Source of the DNA: Eledone cirrhosa
Taxonomy: Eukaryota
Assembly: GCA_964016885.1 (NCBI GenBank)
Contig: OZ024740.1
Location: 90,582,001 to 90,646,000, forward strand
Length of the DNA stretch: 64,000 bases
Direction of reading: 5' to 3'
Under the pieces are notes generated by a model. That model did no database searches, was not told the DNA's origin, and was given only the letters and a program-made list of their open reading frames with translations. Positions 29,078-46,164 of this stretch are shown one piece after another (position 1 is the first letter of the stretch; each line of letters starts with the position of its first letter). The position numbers were made by a program, and so were the translations under genes.

Positions 29078-29383
29078 ATATATATATATCTATCTATCTA
29101 TCTATCTATCTATCCAAAAAATCTATCTGTATGTATTCTCTCCCTCCCTCCCCCTGTCTTTTTATCTCTCTCTCTCTCTTTATACACACACATACACCCC
29201 CCCCCACATATATATATAAATAGAAGAAAATATATATATATATATCCATCAATCTGTCTCTCTATCTATCTGTTTCTCTATGTATATCGTTGTATGTGAT
29301 TCTCTGTGGACTTTTGTGTTTATGCTTGTGTGTGTGAGTGTGTGTGTGTGTGTGTGTGGGTGTGTGTGTGTGTGTGTGTGTGT

Positions 29384-29420
<37 letters not shown>

Positions 29421-29857
29421 CGTGTGTGTTCATATGAATTGTTACGGAGATTAGGTTCGGAAAACCGCTTTTCAAGAGGTGTATTCTAAATACAATGAGT
29501 ATAATGTGTTTAGATATTAAAAAATATTTCAATAATGGGCCGTAACTTTGAACGTTGTTAAGATATTCAAATTATAATGTGCAGAGTTCGTTATTTCACG
29601 GCTATCAGCAGATTTTCATAGAGAAATATTTAATAAGCTATTAATGCGTGTTACAAAAATCATGCTGCTGAACATATTTCAATACGAACTGAGAATTTAT
29701 CAAGGTCAGTAATTATTACAACCTGTATGTTATTATGGATGTACATATGTCAGTATTTTGTTTATGAATTTGTCGAAACAAACAAACACTCATAATAAAC
29801 GGAGGACCGTGCACTGATGAACATATATATATAGAGAGAGAGAGAGAGCGAGAGAGT

Positions 29858-29927
<70 letters not shown>

Positions 29928-30720
29928 TAGAGAGAAATAGGGAGATAGAGAGAAATAGGAAGGTACGTGAGGAGAGATCGATGGAATAGCGAGTATACCA
30001 TATGCTTGGCTATTTGAGAGATTGAGAGAGAGAGAAAGAACAAAAAGTGAATGAGAGTGTTAGAGAATGAATGTTGACATGTAGAAATAAGAATTGGAAA
30101 ACTGGAGAAATTAAAATTGAAAAACATTCAATAAAGAATTATAGTTCCCAAGAGAACAACCATTTCGCTTTATCCGTCTTACTATTAATACATTGCACGT
30201 GGATTCGGGAATTATGCGCTGATGTGCACTTATTAATTTTTCGCGTCTTCTGCAAATTTTCACTGACCTTCTCAACGAGCTTTTGGTATAATGTCGGCGA
30301 TATTTCACATCATTTAGATATTGAAAATTTTAAACTTACATACAACATAAATATTTCCTAAATGATACTAATGCACAGTATGTGTGTTTCTGTGTGGGTG
30401 TATAGATCATACCGATTTCGTATACGTTAAGGTTAAGATAGGATCGTAACTTGTTATCGATATAAGAGGCTAATGGCGAATATAAGACACTACAACAGCA
30501 AGATAAATAGCATCTTCATTTTCAGGTGTACTTTCATGCATGTTATTCACTCTATATTTATTACTTCATAATTTCCTTAATTCTTCAGAATTTATTAAGA
30601 ATTTATGCTATCTGGAATTATTAATAATTTCATTTTGTAATCGTATGATGTTTTCGTGTGTTTTCAGGCCATTCCTTGTGTGTGCTTTTGTACGTTTACG
30701 ACAGATAAAATGTTAGCCAT

Positions 30721-30770
<50 letters not shown>

Positions 30771-30861
30771 TGCTGGAGCACTGGAAGGTAATATCCGTAG
30801 TGGTAGAGCACTCAGTCTATGGGACGAGTATGGTGAGCTAACTGTTGTATAACCACTTCTA

Positions 30862-30890
<29 letters not shown>

Positions 30891-30892
<2 letters not shown>

Positions 30893-31139
30893 TGTTATAC
30901 TTTGGGAGGGTCATGTTGCCAATAAGAAACACACGCACCTGTTGCTTTCACTTCAATTTATTATAATAGATTTATAAATTTATATATTTATAAATTTATA
31001 AATCTATTATAATAAATTGAAGTGAAAGCAACTGGTGCGTGTGTTTCTTATTGGCAACATGACCCTCCCAAAGTATAACAATATCGGTTTCAACACACGA
31101 TTTGAGATAAAGTATCTTGCTAAACAAATTCAGAAACGA

Positions 31140-31142
<3 letters not shown>
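30891..31142. mobile_element. Solo fold-back of the 3' terminus of the Nematis-like PLE family (33691-34955)
   Basis: 30891-30985 and 30990-31083 are inverted arms, and 30990-31142 matches 34800-34955. TA tracts lie on both sides. Confidence 0.88.
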
Positions 31143-31234
<92 letters not shown>

Positions 31235-31915
31235 GAGAAAGAGAGCAGTACATAAATATAATCGTATACACTATTCCCTGTTTAATAATGATTTCAATGA
31301 GTTATAGATTTTCTCTAAAATATTCAAAAGCAGAAACATCTAAAATGTTCATCTCGATATTTCTGCTTTGTATATTTTACCGATATTATGGCAATTTCGT
31401 TAGAAAATCGGATCGAGGGCTTTACACTTTTTGGCCCGATTCTATGCACACCATGCATTGAAATTACCTCCAATATAACCATAGTGTTTTATGATTTCGA
31501 AGTTGATAAAATATTACAAATCCCAATCTGGAGCCGATTATTCCTCTGTATCACTTTCATATTTACTGTACCCCAATCTCCTTCTCTTGAACTAATCGTC
31601 TATTTCCAAGAGTAGAGAATGACTAAACTGACATCAACAAACTATGCATCGACGATAACTTAACAACCCCATCATAATTTACGTATCTAATTCTTCCAAA
31701 GTATTATATCCCGAGTTCGTTTTCGGCATCCACTGCAAGTTTATAATCAATAAACACCATTATGCCTTTTTTTTTATGTCGTTTCATAATGACACTATAT
31801 ATCTCCATATAAATGTATCAGTGCTAATGAAAACAATTCAGATATTTTATTAAATGTATGGCGATTGGATATTTGTTTCATTAGGTAAAGAAGGAATACT
31901 TCATGGGCATACCAT

Positions 31916-31974
<59 letters not shown>

Positions 31975-32043
31975 TCTACTACCCCAAGTATTGAGTACTT
32001 TGTTGCGTTATGTTCCACCTGGTTCCTTACCACATTTCCTTCG

Positions 32044-32129
<86 letters not shown>

Positions 32130-33163
32130 ATATATATATGTATATATATACGTATGTGTATGTGAGTATATATTTGTGTGTGTGCGTGTGTGTATGTGTA
32201 TGTGTATGTGTACGTGTTTTTGTATTCATTTGTAATCTGCCTGTGTAAGTGTGTGTTTATTTGAATGTACAATCACAATTAGATATTTGTTAAACAAAAT
32301 TGTCTGACTATGATATTTTCAGTTAATATATTTAATTTAAATAAATTTCAACAATACTCTACATCTGAACTTCAGTCATTAGATTAATGTACATGTTCAC
32401 ATTGCACGCAAAATATATTTTTTTATAAATCGAAATGCGGTTTGGATTCCATTAAGCCTTTATTTGAGATATATGATATTTTAATTGAAGTAATTATGAT
32501 CTTTTGATGAAATCATAAGAACGAGACTGCCTAACCTCGCAGGGAAAACGTTTCGTTTTAAACTTAATAACATACATTGTTAATGAGAAACAACATCTGT
32601 GCAAAGTTTCAACTTCAATCCGTATAAAACTACGATTCAATTCAAACCTAACTCCATAATGTAACGCAAAAGAATGAAGAAGACAAACAGTAATGCAAAC
32701 TATATTCATACGACGAAAGAATGATTTCATAAACCAGTATCAATAGATATATGGGCAGTAACATATATATTAACATATTTTTGTATAATGTAAATGTGAA
32801 ATAATATGTTATTGTGCGTTTATATTCCACTATCTGAAATGAATATACTCGTATACATAAATACAGAGAGGCGTGTAATCGCACCTAAACTCACTCTCCC
32901 TCTTACGCATACACATACATATATGTTTGTGAGTTTTGCCTATAAGTATGTATGTGTATGTATTTATATGAGAGTACTTGTATGTTTGTATGGGAGTTGC
33001 ATTAGAAATTGTTTTCAGAAAATAGCTAAATAGAAAAACTCTATTTTATTGAAAGATTGAGCACGATTTCGATTCAATATAATTTAATTATTACAATTTT
33101 CTTTTATTCTTAAATCAATTTAATATTTTCTCTATTAAAACACACCTACACACACATACACAC

Positions 33164-33232
<69 letters not shown>

Positions 33233-33239
<7 letters not shown>

Positions 33240-33571
33240 AGATCAAAAGATGGTTAAAGGAGTTCCATGTATTTTATTATGCGCATTTCAAAAACAAACA
33301 TCATCATGCAATAATATCTGTGTTTTCATCAGATAAAACAAGAGAACATGATATGAAGGCTAAAAAACACTTGTGGATAGTGCAGTTTTAAATCAACATA
33401 TGATATGTTGATTTAAAACTGCACTATCCACAAGTGTTTTTTAGCCTTCATATCATGTTCTTCTGTTTTATCTGATGAAAACACAAATATTATTGCATGA
33501 TGATGTTTGTTTTTGAAATGCGCATAATAAAATACATGGAACTCCTTTAACCATCTTTTGATCTTATATTA
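33233..33571. repeat. Near-perfect palindrome (arms of about 168 bp) with a hammerhead in each arm
   Basis: Centre caacata-tga-tatgttg at 33394-33410, with only a few mismatches between the arms. Confidence 0.95.
33465..33533 (+). ncRNA. Type I hammerhead ribozyme (mirror copy at 33271-33339 on the minus strand)
   Basis: gttttat-CUGAUGA-aaacac...gttttt-GAAA-tgcgca-UA-ataaaat, with a palindromic stem III. Confidence 0.82.
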
Positions 33572-33690
33572 TGCATACTCCAGTCCTACAAACTGTAGAG
33601 TGCTTCTTATCCGATATCTGCATTGCTTTATTGTACTACAATAAAACTCACCTCCTACATATATATATATATATATGTGTGTGTGTATAT

Positions 33691-36520
<2,830 letters not shown>

Positions 36521-36714
36521 GATAAATCTACCAAGAGTTTACGGTAGTGTCCAATCCGTATGAAGAACTCAATATAATCCGGATATCATGGAAAGAAGAG
36601 ATGCATTCAAAAATCACTTTCGGTGAAAGATAAACGGAATACAGAGTCAAGATAAAATGTTAAAAAAATAATGAATAAAACAATGAAACAGTTCCTTATA
36701 TTAAACAAAAAAAG

Positions 36715-36867
36715 TTCATTATTTAACGATCGTTTCTAGGACATATATGTGTTCGAATTGGTAAGCATATTCAACAGATCTATGTACAAAATTATACAAA
36801 ATTATACAAATTATCAAATATAATATACATACCAACACATACATATGCCGTCTTCAGAAATAATGAA
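36715..36867 (-). ncRNA. Type I hammerhead with a stem II domain of about 115 nt
   Basis: ttcattattt-CUGAAGA-(c)ggcatatgtatgtg...cacatatatgtcc(ta)-GAAA-cgatcg-UU-aaataatgaa, with a 10-bp stem I. Confidence 0.78.
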
Positions 36868-37237
36868 ATATATTTATTGATAATAACAACAATTCAAAAT
36901 TACAGGTCTGTTTGGGAACAGAGTTCAAATTGACCAACGAAATACACAAAATATATCAAGAAAATACAGTTAGATGTGTGTATATATGTAAGTATCTTCG
37001 CTCACAGATATGCATAAAAATATATGTTCACATGCATACGCATGTCGAAAAAAAGTATGTAAATACAAAAAATTCAGGGCTAATGTCTCTGTATGTTTAT
37101 AATCTACAGATAAAATACACATACGCATATAAACATATATAGATTCATATATACACACATATATATACGCACATTCACACACACACGCGCGCATATACAC
37201 ATAAACATACACATACCCATGAACATACACACACACA

Positions 37238-37274
<37 letters not shown>

Positions 37275-37537
37275 GTATATATTATTATTATAACTATATG
37301 GATATTTAGGCACACACATAAACACTGCTACATATATTTATACATCCAAATGCAGAAGAGGGTAAGCGGTTCACTAATAACTAAGGATGTCAGGGAGCTG
37401 CCTATTTAAAAATGTATCTACAAATTTAGAAATAAAAAGAAATATATCAAAAAAAATATATATACATAAACAAGTAAAATATACTCATACATAAAATACA
37501 TACCGATATACATATACATATATATACACACATACAC

Positions 37538-37574
<37 letters not shown>

Positions 37575-37973
37575 CATATACACATATACACGAACACATA
37601 CACATACATACATAAATATACATACACATACATATATAAATATATAGACACACATACAAACACACATATATACATACAGACACATATATATACACACATA
37701 TATACACACACACAACACACACACACACACATACATATACGTATATATACACACACATACACATATCCATGTATGTATATACACATACAATCACACGCTC
37801 ACACAACTCAGACAATTATGCACACATATATATATATACACATACATACATCCCTACAAATATATATACACATATACGCACGCACGCATACATATATACA
37901 TACACACATACTTATACATAGACATATATATACATACACATATATACATACATATACATACATATACATACAC

Positions 37974-38032
<59 letters not shown>

Positions 38033-38299
38033 CAATCATAGACACTTATTTACATGCGCACATATGTATTGTTATACTCACATATAAACACCCAAACATA
38101 CATACCTACCTACATACACATACATTCATCCACGCTTACAAATATAAATAATTATAGGGGGGGTGGATTAAAATTATTAGTGGGAAAAGTAAGTATAGGT
38201 TTCAAGGAACATAGAATATTAATCTGCATTTAGATCATAATATATGTTTAAATAGTAGTTTCAGTATTAGGAAATGTAAGAAAGAAGGCAAAATTATGC

Positions 38300-38680
38300 A
38301 TTTTAATATAATTAGACTATTAATTAAAGGTTAACTAAATTAAAATTAGTTAATATATTGATTTCTAAGGTGTATATTACTTAGGTTTATAATATTTGAA
38401 GCGGAATTTTGAAGTTAAATAGTAGTAGAATATTAATTATATCATAACTAAATTAAAATATTAACATTATGGTATCAATATTAGGAAATGAATTTAGTAA
38501 TAGGGAAAACCAAATCAAGTATTTCATCGGTAGTAGAATATAAATTATAGGTTAACTAAATTAAAGAATTATATATTAATTTTTATAGTATATGTTAATT
38601 AGGTTTATAATAATTAAAGCAGATTTTGTATTTTATCTATAGTAGAATATAGTTATAGGTTAACACAATTTAAAAATAAT

Positions 38681-38728
<48 letters not shown>

Positions 38729-39260
38729 TTTTAATTGTAAAGAATATATTAATTAGGTATATATTTAAAAATTTATCTCAGTTTATGATTACATGATATT
38801 CTGCAATCCATCTGTATTGGAATTTTAATTTTCAGCTAATTAAATTAAAATTATAGGTAAACTAAATTAAAATTAATTTATAAATAACTTTCTAAATTGT
38901 ATATTAATTAGGTTTATAATATTAAAAAATATTTCTCTGTTATTGATTACACGATGTTTTGTTATATTTCATCTATAAAGGAATTTTAATAAAAGGTTAA
39001 ATAAACTAAAATTAATCTATAAATTAATTTACAAAGTATATATTAATTATGTTAATAATATTTAAAAGTTTTTCACTATTTATGATTACACAATATTTTT
39101 TATCTCATCTGTATTAGAAATTTAATTAAATTAAATTTATAGGTTATCTACATTTAAATTAAATTATATATTAATTTCTAAATTTCTAAAATATATATTA
39201 TTATTTAGGTTTATAATATTTAAATGGTTTTCTCAGTTTATGATTACACGATATAATTAA
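38300..39260. repeat. Degenerate AT-rich tandem array (units of about 110-150 bp)
   Basis: Recurring aattataggttaactaaattaaa..atattaattaggtttataat and tttatgattacacgat motifs. Confidence 0.75.
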
Positions 39261-39714
39261 TTCCTGTCGCTTATTTAATAGGATATCTTTAGATTTCATT
39301 ATTTCAAATAGTTCTTGGGAACATAATCTACATTAATTTCTATTATTTTGATAAGGGGTGGCTCTTTTGAGCACACTCCAGGTCATATCATATTCTATAT
39401 TCTTATTTCTATAACTATTAATTTTTTCTGCTAGAGATGTTGTATTAGCCAGTGCGGCGTTTTTAAAACTATGTTTGTGGGTATTAAACCTTACCTTAAA
39501 ATTGTTAGAAGTAGCTCCTATATATGAGCAAATAGAGTCTTTAGTTTTAACCTTACATTTATAAACTATGTTATTAACAAGACAATTTCCTTTTAATGGG
39601 CAGTTTGCTTTGTTTCTACAGTTACAACCTTTCGTTATTTCTGTATTTGAGGAGATATTATGGTTAGTTTGATGTATTGGTGGTATACTTATGGTATACT
39701 GGTGGTATACTTAT

Positions 39715-39774
<60 letters not shown>

Positions 39775-39866
39775 AACAGTATACAATTTCAAATGGCTGA
39801 AATGTAAATTACATGGCTTTGTGGAGTATGTGAATTTTATTTATATAACATATGGTAAGTTTACGA

Positions 39867-39898
<32 letters not shown>

Positions 39899-42800
39899 GT
39901 GTATGTGTGTGTGTGTCTGTGTATGTGCCTGTGCCTGTGTGTTTGTGTGCGTGTTTATGTGTGCACGTGCGTATGTGTGTGGGCATGCGTGTGTGTATAG
40001 ATTTAAGCATTCAAAAACCTACGTACATAACGTAATTAATGCTATTAGAGATACTACTACTCAAATCAACCCCCTTCCTCCCATCCCATCCCCTCTTCCC
40101 CCTCCTCATCCCCCTCCTTCTCCTGCTTGTTTTAAAGATAATAATAACATTAATAAAAAGTATTTCTTTATTTGATACAAGGATAGAAAATCAAGGGAAA
40201 TAAAAACACAAGAGCAATAGGATAAAATAAAAATTCACAAATAGGAATGAATATAAGGGATAACGTAGGACCTACATAGAACCAAAGCCACTTAACCTCC
40301 GAAAGTATCTAAATAAGATGTTCCCTATTCTCTGAAATATCCAGCTTGCTGGCAAATACTCAGAGTAGATCAATTAACTTGGACAATTATCGCTAAATGC
40401 ACCATTTAACAGCCACTTTCACACTTAACTTACTTTCCAATTTGAATTTTAAAAAAGTTCATGTGGGTTTGGGCGACGAGGAAAGTGCTAGATATGTGTT
40501 ATTTTTTCAGTTGCTTCCGCTATAAAATCTCTTTCACTTCCGGAATTAGGTAGATGACTGTCTGAGCTTCCATACCATTAACAGACGGTACAGTGAAGTT
40601 CAAAAATGATGACAGTCGATGGCTGGATCTAATCTACAGGGGACAAGAGCTGTTTGACAAAACTTCACGAGACATCAATACCCAGACACTGTAAGATTGC
40701 GCGCAGTACAGTTTCCTTGCACCTTGTTCAACTAGGCGAGTTTCAAATCACAGCATTTAAGTGCCTGAATTGTTTGTCTCACAACGACAGTACCCCACAC
40801 ATTACGGTAGCACTGTCATAACAAGAAGTTTGGAACTTATCCACAGATCCCGGACAGAGTGTCATGAAAAGACTGCCTCAGTGCTACTAGCTGCTCTGTT
40901 CCTATGGACAGCTTCTAACGAAATTTCAAAGAACATTGTATTTCCAAAACATAAAAGTTTAGAATAGAATTGATCACTGTGGTGTATGAGAAATATTGAA
41001 ATAAAAATATTCTGTAGACTATCGCATAAACTCGAATTTCGTACCGCTATAAATGCAAGCGTTAATAGTAAAACGACTGAGAGAAAATTATAATTTATTT
41101 AGTTATCTGAATGGATCAAATTCTTTAAGACGTGCTCAAATTCAACGATAAAAATCAAAGCACATTCATAGAAGTATATATATCACTAATACTAAAAAAG
41201 AACAGAATAAAGAGAATGTGTTACCAATAAAGAGGTTAACAACGTTAGTGGTTAAGGTCTAAAGACAACTAAAATTCGGAATTATGTTAAAAACCGTATG
41301 AAAAAATGTATCCCATCTTCTGCCATCTGTAACTAATCACATTAATACAACATGCCTATTATCGAAACTTATCATAGCGTCTTACCCAATATTTGTCAGC
41401 ATAGGATCTCCTTTCCTTTATTCTCAACCTACTCCAGAAGTAGATTTTAAATGCACTGACGGGGAACATGTATCAATAACATAGTATTCTCCAGCCTTTC
41501 AATACTACTCGACGCATTTCAGATTTACACAACATTCCTTGTTTCAAGAATCGTTTTTTAGATCTCTACGATAGTAAGTCTTACTAGTTTTACATGTTCT
41601 GGCATGCTACAACCCATCACTTTTCCAGATGAGAAATGTTGCATGATTTAATCCATGCTTTTATCCTCTAGATAAACGCGGTCACATATTGCATCTCCTG
41701 CAAGTGGCAGACAATTTCGACCGTTCAACATGGATATACTAACAGGGACAATACTATGAAGCAGAATATATTCAATGAATTGAGATATATTATACAGTGG
41801 TAATATTAAGCAAATATGTAATACGTTGTGATTGGAGAAAAAACATTTACCATCGTATTTTGCTTCCTAAACTTAGCTGAAATAGTACACGTCCTCAGTC
41901 ATATCATTAATGCATTGAATCAGTGGGGTAATGCCAGAATGACAGAAACACACACACAAAAAAAAAAAATAACACATGAAGGAAAATATCTCAGACACCA
42001 GAAAATCTGTGAGAAGTGCAAGTTGTCATCACAATTGGATATGAAAGTTTAAACAAAATCCCATAAAGTGCCTATTTTCATAAATGACTAACATTAAACA
42101 AAGTATTACATATTATAGATTCGAAAATAGAAACAAACCTTAATGTGAGGACATGAAACAATGATTACATTTGTATATACATTGGTAATGATTCAAAGCA
42201 ACGTAGTCACATTGGAAACCGAATCCCCACATATCATTTTTTTCTGAAGATATGTATTCATATGAATTGAATAATTTGCACCTTTACCTAAATATGCGCA
42301 CTAACAAAGGTGTACTCATCAAACACGCCGAATAACTATTTCCTAATATCCTATAACTTTTTATGGTTATAATTTTTATTTCATGTCGCCAAGCTGGTTT
42401 GAGGAGAAAAATGCATAAACTTCAAGATAAGAGAGTCAATGTTCACAACATTATCACATTAAACCGTTCGAATTGTTCAATGGGTGATTAATATATTTAT
42501 ATCGCTTACATCCTTCCATATGACAGGAAATAGCGCATGAAAATCTCACTTATAGTCAAGAATAAGAAATAGAAATCTCATTTGAATTTCAAACATAAGT
42601 AAATGAATAAATGGATAAACAAAGAGTATGAAATCTAAAATGACCTCCTAATTCAAATATGTGCAAAGAACCGTCTATAATAAACTAAGAAAATTCGTAT
42701 CCTGTTATATATAATATCATATATCATATGTGTACTTTCCATTCATAAATGTTTTAGACAGTAACAAACCAATACTGCTTGCATTATCCGACTTTTGTCT

Positions 42801-43329
42801 ATAAATTGCGAAATATCGCTTCCTAGAAATAGTGAATGTTTTACCTATAATTATATAACCAGTACACTATATTTACAAGTGCAGATTTAAACATGAATTA
42901 TGCAAGATGCAGTGACAAAAGTATCATTTAACAAGATATTTCAGTTATGCTTAAGCTTAAAGTTGGAAGGAATCTAACTACTATTTCGAAATGTTGTTTA
43001 AATAAGCAACCAGAATTATGTCACCTTGATTTCAATTATCATCAAATTTTATTTTATATGATTAATATAGATTTTTAGAAAGATACAATGCAGTAACTGA
43101 TATTCTTCATCGTTCCGACAAACAATTCCTACATATCATATATATTGTAGTGTTTACGACATTTATTTCTTGTTTTGTTCTGAGAAAAGCCTCAACACAT
43201 ATTTTTGGCGAGTGGGCAAAGTATGGAATTTAGAAAGATCACTGCAAATGCACTTTAATATTGCCTTATATGGCATCCTTAAACAGCTTCTTTGGTTTAT
43301 GGTGTGGTATTTATCCTCTAGTCAGCCCC

Positions 43330-45950
43330 TCATATAATTACTATTTAGGCAATCAGCCTTAATACATTATGACAACATGATCATCCCAACGCAACTGGTT
43401 TTTAATAATCCTCCTCTCAATACTGTTTCTGCCCGCTTTCTCAAGTACAACAGCATGTGGTATGTAAAAGGGCTATATTTTGTGCAGGATGTGTCGGGAA
43501 CGATGCTGATGAAATATTTCAGCTGCCTGTAATATTACCTCTAAGTTGTCCATGTTTCGCATCAGTATAGCAGGGCTGCGTGAACACACACCCCATACAG
43601 AGAGAGATTTGTTTTTCTCGTGACACCCCGATTTCACCAGATGCGTTTCTCAAGTTTGCACAAGGCAAGACTCAATGTTGATAGCCTAAGATCTATAACA
43701 GCATAGAGAGTCCCCTCTCTACTTAGTTTAATGTCCAAAACCTCAAGACTTTTATCTCTCAAGAAAATATTTGGCTCTACACACACTTTCCCAACTGGTA
43801 GAGTGCACATGACATTTGCCTTTTAATACTAATATTTGTACCAAACGCGGTGTATTCATTGTAGAAGGTGGCCAATATCAACTGGATGTTCTCTACAATG
43901 TGTGCCCCAAATCTGCATCATTAGCATACAAGAACGCTCTGACAAGAGTGCCATGATTTTTGATATGATCTTAGATTAAAGACTTTGCCAGAGCTTCTAA
44001 TCAGCAAGTATACACCGATTTCGAAATCTTTGAAGGCATATGTAGAGTATGAGGGCAACTTAAATGGAGAACAGAGTGGGTAAATATACACCTTGCTTGA
44101 CACTGATTTCCAGTGAAATTGGCTCTGAAAGTGTCCCATTGAAGATCCCTTCTCATTCCATAGTTTGATGGTGTTTTCTTTCAATATTCCAACAAAATTA
44201 TGAGGTCATCCATTTTATTACACGATTCGAGCAGTCGTATATTCGACAATAGGCGCATTCAGATTTAGATCACCTGTCCTTGTAAATCCAGAGCAAAATT
44301 GCATCTCAACAGTCATGGAGGACACACCCACCTTGCTATGCAAGTAAGACTAGATAAATAATGGCAATAGGAATATTGTCACATTCAAAAAGGATCAGTT
44401 CAACACTTATTTCATCGAGACTTGGAGAGATTCCAGTGTATATCTCTGATAGTAGACCTAATATTATAAATGGCTGGATCAATCATCAACTCGGTTACCA
44501 CTTTCTTTTAAGGTAGTCCAATGATAATTTCCTTGACAACTACATATGGATTATCCAATAAATATTTAAAGTGTTCAGTCTATCGACTCTTGCCTCTTAT
44601 TGGAGCTTTGATGAGAACATTCCCATTTTTTTACGTCGATGGTGTCATGTTTGTGGGCTGTGGACTATGGGCCAAAACCTACCATACTATACTGCACAAT
44701 GCATTTAAGTCTTTGCAGTTATAAACCGACTAGAAATCTACTGAAACTTCAGACCACCAGTTATTCTTCATCTATTGTGTTTCGTGTTGCACTTTTGAAT
44801 TTGCTTGTTTGAATGCCTTCTCAAAAGTAGTCTTCACTGGAACCTTTTCAAAAAGGAACTTCTTATACAGCTTGTTCTTTCATCCAATAAGCACGATGCT
44901 AGCAGCATCATTATCATCTTACCGATGTATGTATTCTGTCTTCTTCAAACCTCGTACATCGACCCATCACTGTAAACCTATGAGTAAAATCGTTCCCCAG
45001 TTTCAAGCAAAGACGAGGAGGTCAAGTGCATTCTGAAGAGCATCTCGCATTAGCAGTTTAAACAAATATATGCGTGTTTGTACTTGTGCTCCTGCTTCCC
45101 TCACCTATCATCTAATCTGCACCTTCAACTATCATCTGCACCTATCATCTAATCTGCACCTTCAACTTGCCACGTACAAGCCTATGGTCTGTACCACATT
45201 CTGCAGCAGCTTTTTGACTTACGGAGCAGATATTCCCCCGGTGATGATATAATTCAGGATGTGTCCATTATTGGATCTATGCTGTATCACTGTTGTCATG
45301 GAGACTTCATTTGCTGACATAAGAATTACACTCAGCCAGCTCAATCGCTGTGCATAATTGCAAAATGACAATACCATTAGCATTCATCTTGCCCATGCCA
45401 TAGTAACGTCCTAAATAATCCAGGTAGAGTCGTCCTTTCCCACATTTGCATTAAAATCTTTACGAAGTAAGATTTCGAAAAATGTGGAATTAATGTTTTA
45501 CTCCCTCGTATATATTTGTAAAAATATATTATTGGGTCATACACTAAAATGACACTAATGAAACGTCATTTGAAAGAAGAACTCTTAGATACATAATTCG
45601 ATCACAAATGTTCTTCTGGTTGCTCCAGTTGTTTTGTAATGGGACAGGCACATTTACTCCTCGATTCCATGTTCCCCATTTAGCTACCCTTTCCAGAAGA
45701 GTGTAGAGCCAGCATCTTTTTTCTGATAGGTGACCTGCTCCACTAAGACGGGTTTCAGAAAGTCCAGTTATAACAATATTATACTTGCTGAATTATCTGA
45801 CAACAATATCAATTTATATTCGGAATGTGTGGATGATTCCCTGTCAAAAGAGTTCTAATATGCTATGTGGCAACATTCAGTGCAATTATATACGCTTGAA
45901 AATTACTATTCATCGCGAGCCTGAATAACATGAATAATCTAATATTATTC
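43330..45950 (-). mobile_element. Highly degraded RTE-clade LINE
   Basis: YAFKDFEIGVYLLIRSSGKVFNLR resembles the RTE pre-YADD segment, and endonuclease-like remnants (DFNANVG) occur near 45440-45480. There is no long ORF. Confidence 0.6.
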
Positions 45951-46125
45951 TCAGTTTTCAGTCACCACCCCCACCGATCAAACGTGGGTTACTTTCCCTT
46001 TGGCAAGTGAATTCTTCTGCACATGTGAAATTCGTACAATGTTCTTCTCCTTTTACGTAAAATCACATTCCAACCGAGTGGATGATCCAACTAAGGAGAA
46101 AAAATTGTTCTCGGAAATGGTGATT

Positions 46126-46157
<32 letters not shown>

Positions 46158-46164
46158 ATACATG

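Larger units (their letters stand above)
36520..39670 (-). mobile_element. 5'-truncated Naiad-like PLE (GIY-YIG fragment about 39270-39650) with a 2.7-kb low-complexity 3' region
   Basis: Minus strand reads GCNCRNKANCPLKGNCLVNNIVYKCKVKTKDSICSYIGATSNNFKVRFNTHKHSFKN..TTSL. An HHR lies near the TA-bounded end. Continuity across the 3' region is inferred. Confidence 0.8.

Noticed and set aside
40250-43300. Possible ancient LINE or host exons in unique-looking AT-rich sequence
   Set aside because: There is no ORF or motif I can support.
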